Both the position numbers and the translations under genes were made by a program. The notes under the pieces were generated by a model. That model was not told the DNA's origin and ran no database searches. It saw only the letters and a program-made list of their open reading frames with translations. Shown here in pieces: positions 11,276 to 20,000 of a stretch of DNA of 20,000 nucleotides. Positions within the stretch are counted from its first letter, which is position 1. Each line of letters begins with the position of its first letter. Origin of the DNA: Chiloscyllium plagiosum (Eukaryota); assembly GCF_004010195.1 (NCBI RefSeq), contig NC_057718.1, forward strand, positions 33,111,259 to 33,131,258, given 5' to 3'.

Positions 11276-11597
11276 GGGCAGAATTTTCCCAGCTCCCTGG
11301 TTCCAATGTAATTATAATGGCATTACCAGACAGCAAATGTAGTTTCACTGTAAAACAATATACTCTGTCTTACAGGTGTCTAACACTTTCCTATTTATTA
11401 TACTAGGAGCTAAACTTAATGTCTTACTTTATGAACAAAAATAGCACAATCCTTCCACGAAACCTTATGTCCAGGGATTTCATAGAGGTTTGACAGCTGT
11501 TAGCAAACAGCCACACAGAGGAGAGTCCACTATTTTCTAATACATGCTGGCAGCAGTTAAGGTTCTCCACTTCCAGCAATGTCAGAAAATTGCCCCC
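11276..11597. mobile_element. Possible decayed PIF/Harbinger-type MITE
   Basis: Imperfect terminal inverted repeats gggcagAATTTTC ... GAAAATTgccccc; no clear TSD. Confidence 0.3.
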
Positions 11598-11705
11598 ACA
11601 ATAAACAGAAGCTCCTGTTTATGTAATGCCTGATTTCTTACTGTGCCAGGCAGTTTTTCATTATCATTGCTAATGTTCATTGATCTATTAATATATTTCC
11701 CTTAA

Positions 11706-12056
11706 GGGGGAGACGATGGCCCAGTGGTATCGTTGCTGGACTATTTATTCAGAGACCCAAATAATGTTCCGGGTTTGAATCCATGGCAGATGGTGGAATC
11801 AGAATTTGATTTTAAAAATCTGGAATTAAGAGTCTAATGATGGCCATGAATCCATTGTCAATTGTCAGAAAATAACTATCTGATTCGCTGATATCTTTAA
11901 GATGAGGAAATTTCCATCCTTACTTGGTCTGACCCTGCACGTGACTCCAAAACACCACAACGTGGTTGACTCTAAACTGTCCTATGGGTAATTAAGGATG
12001 GCCAGTAAATTCTGGCCAGTGTAATGATGTCCACATTGCATGAATAAATAAAAAAA
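11706..12056 (+). mobile_element. tRNA-derived SINE with LINE-derived 3' tail (family name not firmly assigned)
   Basis: A-box TGGCCCAGTGG, B-box-like GGTTTGAATCC, central body, a 3' end homologous to the end of the LINE at 12795-12860, and an A-rich tail. Confidence 0.8.
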
Positions 12057-12283
12057 GTTGCATAAAATTATGCAAAAAAACTAACTGCCATATTGACAGG
12101 TACTGAACTTGATAAATCAGCATATTGAGAAAAGATCTAGCCTACTTGGCTAACTGTATTAAACCATTTTCAAACTGTGATTGGTACACAAGAAATACAA
12201 GAAAATATTGATGTGCAGGAAACAATATGAATTAGCAGCAGGAAACTTTCATTTATTGCAATAATGCATTCCTGCTTACCATT

Positions 12284-12592
12284 ATTAGATTAGATTCCCT
12301 ACAGCATGGAAACAGGTCCTTTGGTTCAACAAGTCTACACTGACTTTCCTAAATGTAACTCACCCTGATCCCTACCCTATATTTACCCCTGATTAATGCA
12401 CCTAACACTATAGCCAATTCACCTGACCTGCACATCTTTGGATTGTAGGAGGAAACTGGAGCATCCAGAGGAAACCCACACAGACACAGGCAGAATGTAC
12501 AAATTCCACACAGTCACCTGAGGCAGGAATCAAACCTGGGTCCCTGGTGCTGTGAGGTAGCAGTGCTAACCACTGAGCCACCATGCTGCCCC
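12284..12592 (-). mobile_element. HE1-type (V-SINE) tRNA-derived SINE, older CpG-depleted copy
   Basis: Reverse complement starts GGGGCAGCATGGTGGCTCAGTGGTTAGCACTGC; V-domain GGGTTTCCTCTGGATGCTCCAGTTTCCTCC; (AATCT)n tail. Confidence 0.9.
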
Positions 12593-13713
12593 ATACTGGA
12601 TCATGCCCTTAACTTGCTCTGTTTTACTAAAATACATTGCCCATTAATGCCTTTATTTCCCTCCTGAAATGTTTGACATACCCACTAGGATTTGTGTAAA
12701 TTGGTTCTGCCTGTGTTATTAGTTTGAACATAATTTTATTCCTCTATTATAGTTTCAAACAAAATCACACTTCTCTCGTTCTTATAATTTTTCTATTTTA
12801 CTTCATTCTTTGGATGTGGATCAGCAGGGCCAGCATTTATTATCCAGTTCACCATTAGACAGTGGTGATGGTGTTCTACATTCATGAACTGCTGTGGTTC
12901 AAATGCGTAGATGTGCTCACAGTGCTGCAAACATAGAGAGATCCAGGATTTTGATGCAGCATTGATGAAGGAATGGTGATGCAGTTCCAAGTCAGCATAG
13001 TACATGGCTTGATAAGGAAGTTAGTGTTCTCATTAGTCTTCTGCCCTTGTTCATCTATGTGATACAAGTCATAGTTTTGAAATGTACTTTCAAAGGAGCC
13101 TTGGCTGGTTGCTGCAGTGTATACTGTGGATGGTTCATACTATTACCATTATGCATTGGTGATGGAATGTGTGAATGTTTAAACTAGTGGATAGGGCATA
13201 ATCAAGTGGGCTACATTTGTCCTGGATGGCATCAAAACTCTTGAGTGTTGTTCAGCTGCACTCATCCAGGCAAGTGGAGAATATTCCATCAGTGATAGTC
13301 ACACTGGTAAATGCTGGGGGAAAATGGTCAAATTCTCTATCGATGGAGATGGTCATTCTTTTGTGTGACATGACAGTTCCTTGTCATGCATCAAGCCATT
13401 CCTGAATGTTATCCTTAATTTTTTGCATACATGCATGGATTACTTGACCATTTGAAGACTTGGGAATGTAATTAGACAGTTGGAAATCCATCAGTGAACA
13501 ATCCTTAACTCTGGCCACATGATAAAAGGAGGGTTGCAGGATTCTTCAGTCCAGAAAAAGTCAGAGATCCCTAAAGTTAAAAGTCCATGAGTAACATGAC
13601 TTCTTTATTAAAAATCTCCTTACTTCTGCTTGCAGAGTCCCTCAGCTGGTACAATTCTGAATGGTAACTTCATGTCAGCCAAATTATCATATTGCAATTT
13701 CAAATCACAACAG

Positions 13714-13806
13714 CATAGAACAAAGAACATAGAACAATACAGCACAGAACAGGCCCTCCTGCCCTCGATGTTGTGCCGACCTATGAACTATTCTCAGCTC
13801 GTCCCC
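13714..13806 (-). mobile_element. Extreme 3' end of a different CR1 subfamily
   Basis: (catagaa)n tail plus tacagcacagaacaggccc...gccc, a CR1-type 3' stem-loop in reverse orientation. Confidence 0.7.
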
Positions 13807-13932
13807 TGACAAACACAACGAATGTTATTGATGAAGCAGCAGAAGATGCTTTGACCTAGGTCACTGCCCAAGGAATTTCTGCAGCAAAGTCCTGGGACTG
13901 AAGTGATTGGCTTCTAACAGTTCTGAAGGTCT

Positions 13933-14070
13933 GAATTCTGAAGAAGGGTCACAGGACCCAAAATGTTAACTCTGCTTACTCTGCACAGATGCTGTCAGAC
14001 CTGCTGAGTTTTCCAGCAATTGTTCATTTTATTTCTATTTCCAACATCTGCAGTTCTTATGGTTTTTTTT
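13933..14070 (+). mobile_element. PLE pLTR fragment with hammerhead motif
   Basis: gaatt-CTGAAGA-a-GGGTC-acag-GACCC-aaaat-GTT-aactc; GAAAC appears lost by CpG decay. Shared tail with inverted cagatgctg/caacatctg. Confidence 0.8.
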
Positions 14071-14430
14071 TCCTTTGAGTTAGGTATGACTCCCTGTGAT
14101 TCCCACTAATTTCAAATTTAAAAGAGCTCCTTGAGGTTACACTCAGTCATGTTCTGCAAAATCTGCAGGAGCAGTTACTTACACTTCAGCTTTGGAATTT
14201 AACTCTTTTGTCCATGATTGGTGCAATCAGAAATAAGATTTGGAGCAGCATGGTTGTGTTAGAACAAAGTGAGCAAGTGTTTGGAGAATAGCTGCTGCTT
14301 GATAGTACTATTGACAATAGTTTGCATCATTTTTTGATAACAGATTGGGAGTAGGGTTAAATGTGTCATTTTCTTTGAACAGGCAATTTTCTACATTGCT
14401 GAGAATATGCCTGTATTGAAGCAGTACTGG

Positions 14431-14747
14431 GATTACATTAGATTAGATTACAGTGTGGAAACAGGCCCTTCGGCCCAACAAGTCCACACCGACCCGCCGA
14501 AGCGAAACCCACCCATACCCCCACATTTACCCCTTACCTAACACTACGGGCAATTTAGTATGGCCAATTCACCTAACCTGCACATCTTTGGACTGTGGGA
14601 GGAAACCGGAGCACCCGGAGGAAACCCACGCAGACACGGGGAGAACGTGCAAACTCCACACAGTCGGTCGCCTGAGTCGGGAATTGAACCCGGATCTCTG
14701 GCGCTGCGAGGCAGCAGTGCTAACCACTGTGCCACCGTGCCGCCCAC
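14431..14747 (-). mobile_element. HE1 (V-SINE) tRNA-derived SINE, young CpG-rich full-length copy
   Basis: Reverse complement GTGGGCGGCACGGTGGCACAGTGGTTAGCACTGCTGCCTC..., A-box TGGCACAGTGG, B-box GGTTCAATTCC, V-domain, a 3' end shared with the HER1/CR1 tail (ggaaacaggcccttcggcccaac) and (AATCT)n. Confidence 0.95.
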
Positions 14748-14811
14748 AACTTAGCTAGATGCATGGCTAGTTCCAGAGGACATGTCTTCAGTACTATAAC
14801 TGGGGCCATTG

Positions 14812-14904
14812 TAGAGAGTGTGTTGCTGGAAAAGCACAGCAGGTCAGCCAACATCTGAAGAGCAGGAGAATCAATGTTTCGGGCCAGAGCCCTTAATCAG
14901 GATT
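14812..14904 (-). mobile_element. PLE pLTR fragment (different subfamily) with hammerhead motif
   Basis: Minus strand aatc-CTGATtA-a-GGGC-tctg-GCCC-GAAAC-ATT-gatt followed by cagatgttggctgacctgctgtgcttttccagca. Confidence 0.8.
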
Positions 14905-15647
14905 TGTTTTTGCTGTCTCCCTTAGTCTCAGCCATTTCTTGTAATGTGGAAATAACTGAATTGTCTAGCTCAAAGTTTATACAGTTTCATCACTGTGTGG
15001 AAAATTACTAGCTAGACTGACTATAATAGCTCAGCAATTGAGGAGCAGCAGTATTTTGGATGCTAGTGGTTGACTAGTGTAGCAGTGTTTGAATGATAGG
15101 ATCTAATAATGCTGTCAAGTCTCATAATCACTGCATCACAGGAGAGTCTTGGAAATTCTTTTTTGAGATTGTCAAAAAATTTTATCCCTAAGTATGTGAT
15201 TTACAGATGAAAGTGAAAACACTCAACATTTTTTATGAAATCTATTTTTAGTACCATTGCATTTCCAGGCTATTTCCAACAATTCCTTGTTTAGTTGAAA
15301 TCAGAATGATTGTGGTGCCTGTCCCCACAGAATATTTGGATCCAAGGATTATATTTAACCAAATACTGGTAAGCTACGTACCGAAATGTATTTAAGATTT
15401 CTACTACAGACTATTTAAACAATTGGGCATATAACACATAGTCCAGAATCAATATATTATGAGCTAGCAAGATATATGTACAAAATCAAGTCATAAAAAG
15501 TCATGTGAACAAGTGTTCTCACATACAATTGGAATTTGTACAATGCAGATCTTTTTCCATTCTCAGTGATGGAACAATTATATAACAGTGACCATTGTAT
15601 CATAAGGTTAAAGATGACATTAGAAACAAACAGCAGAAAATGCTGAG

Positions 15648-16158
15648 TATTGGAAAGGTGTTGTGAAACTTGAAAGGGTTCAGAAAAGATTTACAAGGAT
15701 GTTGCCAGGGTTGGAGGATTTGAGCTACAGGGAGAGGCTGAACAGGCTGGGGCTGTTTTCTCTGGAGCGTAGGAGGCTGAGGGGTGAACTTATAGTTTTA
15801 CAAAATTATGAGGAGCCTGGATAGGATAAATAGGCAAGTCTTTCACTGGGGTCGGGGAGTCCAGAACTAGAGGGTATAGGTTTAGGGTGAGAGGGGAAAG
15901 ATATAAAAGAGACCTAGGGGGCAACTTTTTCACACAGAGAGTGGTACATGTATGGAATGAGCTGCCAGAGTAAGTGATGGAGGCTGGTACAATTGCAACA
16001 TTTAAAAGGCATCTGGATGGGTATATGAATAGGAAGGGTTTGGAGGGATATGGGCCAAGTACTGGCAGTTGGGACTAGATTGGGTTGGGATATCTGGTCG
16101 GCATGGAGGGGTTGGACCGAAGAGTCTGTTTCCATGCTGTACATCTCTATGACTCTAT
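15648..16158 (+). mobile_element. CR1-clade LINE (HER1-like) 3' end
   Basis: KLERVQKRFTRMLPGLEDLSYRERLNRLGLFSLERRRLRG; ends catctctatgactctat. Inverted copy of 1345-1865 and 5478-5985. Confidence 0.93.
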
Positions 16159-16394
16159 AAAAGTAATTAGCTGAGGGAGAGCTGAATTAAATTCAGCAAG
16201 AATGTGATTTAGCAAGATCGATGAGAACCTAAGGGTGGCAGGTGGACAGTAGCTGAATAATGGGTTACCTTCAAAGAAAAATGGTTAAGGCAGATTTATT
16301 CAAAGGGCAAAAGAGGGGAAAACAAATCCAGTGTTCCTTGGATAACGAAAGAAATTGAAACTAAGATAAAGGAGAAAAAGATTGCTAGTGACAT

Positions 16395-16430
16395 GTTCTG
16401 AAGAGTGGTTACTGGACCTGAAACGTTAAC
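16395..16430 (+). ncRNA. Minimal type-I hammerhead ribozyme motif, best-preserved core
   Basis: gtt-CUGAAGA(16398-404)-helix II ggtt/gacc-GAAAC(16420-24)-GUU(16425-27)-aac; palindromic ACGU in place of helix III. Confidence 0.7.
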
Positions 16431-16497
16431 TCTGCTTTCTCTCCACAGATGTTGCCAGACCTACTCAGTTTCTCCAGAAATGTCTCCATTTGTTTAT
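16395..16497 (+). mobile_element. PLE pLTR fragment inserted in the old CR1
   Basis: Hammerhead motif plus tail ctccacagatgttgccagacctactcagtttctccag; possible short TSD tgaca. Confidence 0.8.
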
Positions 16498-17293
16498 GAC
16501 AGGTTTCAAGTAAAACATATAGTTGAGAATGAACTTGAATACATAGGTTTTAGAGGGAAATGAGAGAACAAATAAGAGAAGAAAAGAGACATTATGAAAA
16601 AGATTTGCTAGCAAACACAGACCTTGATCAAAGTTTTCTATAGACACATAAAATGTGAATTTACACTTGGAGGCAGGAGTTAAATGTCTTTACTGGGTCA
16701 TGACAACACAGGAGAAAATCATTCACTAGAAGGATGTGAAGGTGAAAAGAGGAATATATTGGATAAACCATTGGTATTTACATTTGACAAGGCACTGGGA
16801 CCAGATGAGATGCACGCAATTACATTGAAGAAATTGAGAATGGAAATGGTGGTGGCACTGACCACAGTCATTCAGTATCTCTTGGATTCAGGGAGGGTGC
16901 CAGAGGACTGGAGAACTATAAACATTATGCCCATGTTCAATTAAGTTGCAAGGATAAAGCTAGCAACCACAGAGCAGTCTGTTTAATTCAGCGCAGGGGA
17001 ATCTAGAAACAGTTGGCTGAATATTATTTACTTTTGGTTAAATTAAAGTTGTGACAAGTTTTTGTTGGGATTTGAAGCACGGGGCCTTACCAAACGTGCC
17101 TCATTTCCCACATGTATGGCACCCCTCATGTCCAATTCCACCATGCATCATTCCCAGAACAACATGCACTCAGCAGTTATCTACTGAAGGATCAGCATTC
17201 CTTGTGTCCACGCCATCTTTAAAAGGCCACTGTACACCCTGACAAGCACTAACATTCCAAAACTGCACAGATTGATCAAGGACCTTCTGGAGA

Positions 17294-17950
17294 ATGTCCG
17301 GGAAGGGGAAGGTGGTATTGTAATTCTCCAACAGGAACTTGGAGGTGCTGGTCAAGGGTTTGGTGCAAAGTAGAGGCATCTTTTACTGGAGGACCGATAC
17401 AGAAGACCATACCATCAGCCACTGGCAACCTGGTCCAAAGTCACTACCTAGGCCAGTGTTGTCTTCACATGCAGAGGAAACACTAGCAGCGCTGTAAGAA
17501 AGGCAATGACTTTCTCCACTGTGCCAGGCTAAGTGCCACAGTCTTCTCGCTGTGTCCATACATTCACTCTATCGCTGCTCCTGCATCGCCCTCCCACCAA
17601 GGCTCATGCTCTACCATTCTCAGGGTTGCCTACAACATCTCCACTCACCTGCTCTCACCCTCACCACTAACTCTGCACACCCTCTGCACAGTCTACTCAG
17701 TCACCTGGGAAACCTCACCACCTTTCGCCCACCTGCACCAGACCTGCAGCAGTGTCAGCCATTTTCATCTTACTTAATTCCTGCCTTTCTCTTTCGCAGG
17801 AGAAGAAGTCACGTAACAAGGCAAAGAATGCCCATACAGATGGAGAAGCATTAGCCTTCTCACCCCATAAAAGGGCAAATCCTATCCCTCAGAGCAGAAG
17901 ATCAGGATCACTCCTATGGAGATGCCAAGATATTCATGCCCCACTAACCA
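17294..17950 (+). pseudogene. PIF/Harbinger Myb/SANT-like DNA-binding protein relic with one intron
   Basis: Exon 1 (17294-17528): MSGKGK...FSNRNLEVLVKGLVQSRGIF...W SKVTT...QRCKKGNDFLHCAR, with stops and frameshifts. Decayed donor AGG|ctaagt, acceptor ctttcgcag at 17799. Exon 2 EKKSRNKAKNAHTDGE (cf. EK.AHNRRE...TGGG). Confidence 0.7.
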
Positions 17951-18609
17951 AGTACCACTCTTCATTCCAATGCAACACTCACATTAACCCTGCTATCACT
18001 GTTGACCATGCACACCATTTCTATCTACTGACCACAAGGTCTTCTCTTTCTTTTGTGTTGTAGCTGATGAAGAATGTAATAGCAGAACATTAGAAATACT
18101 TAATTTGAAAAGCAGAAAGAACATGGCTCGTGAAAGGGAAATCAGACCTGACAAACTTATAAGAATGTTTTGAGGCGGTAACAAACAGGATTTTTTTTTT
18201 TACTCTCTCTCCACAGAAAGAGCGGGAGCAGCAGAGGAAGTGACGGCAAGCAGAGGGGCAGCCGGGAAGGATTTTTATTTCTTTACCAGGGACTAGTTAA
18301 AAATTTACTTCTTTTTTTTTGTGTATACATCAAGTCCTTATTTAGGGTAAAAAAAACTATAGCAGAGAGGTATCAGAAGGTATTCTAACTCATACAAAGT
18401 AAGTAATGAACTAACTAAGCAGAGATGGCTGGGCAGGTGATGTGCTGTTGCTGTATGATGTGGGAGCTGGCTGATCCCATTGTGAACGGCAGTGACCACA
18501 TCTGCAGCAAGTGTTGGTTGCTGGAAGAACTCCGGATCAGAGTTGATGATCTGGAATCTGAGCTTCAAACACTGCGGCACATCCGGGAGGGGGAGAGTTA
18601 CCTGGATGC

Positions 18610-18953
18610 TTTGTTTCAGGAGGCAGTCACACCTGGGAGATTAAGTATTTCACATTCAGCTAGTGATCAGGCACAAAAAAGTGTGACTGTAAGTGAGGCA
18701 GGTAGGGGGAACCGGAATTCAGGAGTGGAGGAGCCTCAGCCCTTGACCTTGTCCAACAGGTACGAGATTCTTGCTCCCTGTTTTGTTTCAGGAGGCAGTC
18801 ACACCTGGGAGATTAAGTATTTCACATTCAGCTAGTGATCAGGCACAAAAAAGTGTGACTGTAAGTGAGGCAGGTAGGGGGAACCGGAATTCAGGAGTGG
18901 AGGAGCCTCAGCCCTTGACCTTGTCCAACAGGTACGAGATTCTTGCTCCCTGT
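18610..18953 (+). repeat. Perfect 172-bp tandem duplication (18610-18781 / 18782-18953)
   Basis: The two copies read identical base by base. Confidence 0.95.
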
Positions 18954-19543
18954 ACGGATGAGGAAAAGGGCTCTGGACAGGATGAGCCAGCTGACCAAGG
19001 CACCATGGTGCAGAAGGCCATTCAAGAGGGGGGAGCTAATAGACAAGTAGTGGTTATAGGGGATTCTATAATTAGGGGGACAGATAGTATCCTTTGCAAG
19101 CCGGATCGGGAGTCTCGCATGGTGTGTTGCCTGCCCGGTGCCAGGGTGCAGGACATCTCCGACCGGCTTGAAAGGATATTGGAGCGGGAGGGGGAGGATC
19201 CAGTTGTTGGGGTCCACGTTAGTACCAACAACATAGGCAAGACTAGGGTGGAGGACCTGTTTGGGCATTATGAAGCACTAGGCAAGAAATTGAAGCACAG
19301 GTCCTCAAGGGTCATAATCTCCGGATTACTGCCCGAGCCACGTGCCAATTGGCATAAGGACAAGAAAATTAGGCAAGTAAACACGTGGCTAAGGGATTGG
19401 TGTGGGAAAGAGGGATTCCACTTCATGGGGAATTGGCATCAGTTTTGGAACAGGGGGGATCTGTACCATTGGGACGGTCTCCACCTGAACCGATCAGGTA
19501 CCAATATTCTAGCGAAGAGGATAAATAGGATGGTCAGTAGGAC

Positions 19544-19550
19544 TTTAAAC
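19544..19550 (+). promoter_or_regulatory. Candidate -1 ribosomal frameshift slippery site U_UUA_AAC
   Basis: ORF1 codons acT TTA AAC ttc TGA; the -1 frame TTT AAA CTT CTG AGT... is the ORF2 frame, open from 19541. Confidence 0.55.
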
Positions 19551-19591
19551 TTCTGAGTTGGGGGGAAGGGAAAGTCAAAGCGACAGGGAGT

Positions 19592-20000
19592 ATGGAGGTA
19601 AATGGCAAGATAAGCAGCAGGATAGAATGTTTCCAGGCGGATTTAAAATTGAGGCAGACTGAGAATACAGTAAAAAGCAAGGATAACTTAGGACATATGA
19701 CTTCCAACATCTCTAATGATAAGGAAGTTAGCATTAAGGCACTTTACCTGAATGCTCGTACCATACATAACAAAGCCGATGAACTAATGACACAGATAAT
19801 AGTGAATGATTATGATATAGTAGGCATCACAGAGACTTGGTTACAGGGGGGCCAGGACTGGCAGTTAAACCTCCATGGTTTTTCAACTTATCAAAAAGAC
19901 AGAGAGGTGGGCAGAGGGGGTGGGGTTGCCTTGTTAGTTAAGAACAAAATTAAATCTATGGTATTGAATGACATAGCGGCGGATGATGTGGAGTCTGTGT
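19592..20000 (+). CDS. CR1 ORF2 N-terminus (AP-like endonuclease), partial; first in-frame ATG at 19592
   Basis: Open frame to the window end: KALYLNARTIHNKADEL...DIVGITETWL...KDREVGRGGGVALLVK...DVESV. Absent from the ORF track because it has no stop in the window. Confidence 0.92.
   Translation, partial: MEVNGKISSRIECFQADLKLRQTENTVKSKDNLGHMTSNISNDKEVSIKALYLNARTIHNKADELMTQIIVNDYDIVGITETWLQGGQDWQLNLHGFSTYQKDREVGRGGGVALLVKNKIKSMVLNDIAADDVESV

Larger units (their letters stand above)
12795..14812 (-). mobile_element. Old CR1/L2-group LINE ORF2 relic with three nested insertions
   Basis: Minus-strand remnants: VLKTCPLELAMHLAK (14752-14800), a decayed GVPQGSVLGP..F..FIN RT motif (13822-13920) and SFINAASKSWISL (C-terminus). 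Interrupted at 13714, 13933 and 14431. Confidence 0.75.
16160..17020 (+). mobile_element. Old CR1 ORF2 relic (resumes at ~18095-18190)
   Basis: PWITKEIETKIKEKK and DKALGPDEMH...SGRVPEDWRTINIMPMF. The colinear next block (HG.VKGKSDLTNL.ECFEAVTNRI) is at 18120-18191. Confidence 0.75.
18425..19556 (+). pseudogene. CR1 ORF1 (zinc finger/leucine zipper + SGNH esterase), frameshifted by a 172-bp duplication
   Basis: C..C.MWE...C.KC zinc finger, coiled coil LEELRIRVDDLESEL, LSNRY motif, SGNH blocks VIGDSII, CLPGA, HVSTNN and DGLHLN. Removing one duplicate copy gives a 960-nt ORF (319 aa). Confidence 0.92.
18216..20000 (+). mobile_element. Young CR1-clade LINE, 5' end (5' UTR, ORF1, start of ORF2); continues past the window
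   Basis: G-rich 5' UTR, CR1-type ORF1 and an uninterrupted APE reading frame. The 5' boundary is approximate; the element interrupts the old CR1 at ~18191. Confidence 0.92.

Noticed and set aside
14675..14747. tRNA gene
   Set aside because: The A/B boxes are the head of an HE1 SINE followed by the V-domain and a LINE-derived tail; the same applies at 12520-12592 and 11706-11785.
1345..16158. Giant inverted repeat or composite transposon formed by 1345-1865 / 5478-5985 and 15648-16158
   Set aside because: These are independent 5'-truncated insertions of one abundant LINE family in opposite orientations, with different truncation points.
18191..18215. Splice acceptor or PLE tail (ttttttttttactctctctccacag)
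   Set aside because: Short, low-complexity, and at the junction of two LINEs; it cannot be distinguished from a LINE 5' end or junction filler.
18771..19556. Stand-alone host SGNH/GDSL lipase gene
   Set aside because: It is the esterase domain of CR1 ORF1, directly followed by the APE domain of ORF2; its apparent start is created by the duplication.
1..20000. CRISPR array or prokaryotic defence/operon system
   Set aside because: Vertebrate repeat-rich DNA with no regularly spaced repeat-spacer array or operon-like gene density.

Overview
Eukaryotic, repeat-dominated DNA, almost certainly from a shark or other elasmobranch (HE1-type SINEs and HER1/CR1 LINEs). No host protein-coding gene can be supported, and most ORF-track entries are LINE fragments or antisense shadows. 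The window is a nest of retroelements: several 5'-truncated CR1 LINEs; the 5' end of a young CR1 (zinc-finger/SGNH-esterase ORF1 plus the start of the ORF2 APE domain); an older CR1/L2-group LINE with a SINE sharing its tail; two HE1 SINEs; a Rex1/Babar 3' end; a PIF/Harbinger Myb-SANT relic; and seven Penelope-like (PLE) fragments. Three signals stand out. (1) Six dispersed minimal type-I hammerhead ribozyme motifs with covarying helices, two of them downstream of a PLE GIY-YIG C-terminus. (2) A 282-bp cassette bounded by inverted telomeric arrays, (TTAGGG)4...(CCCTAA)4, with a long target-site duplication, resembling two-ended telomerase healing of a break with captured DNA. (3) A correctly phased U_UUA_AAC slippery site at the CR1 ORF1/ORF2 overlap that would fuse ORF1 to ORF2 by a -1 ribosomal frameshift. 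All calls are from manual reading; family names are from recognition, not database searches.
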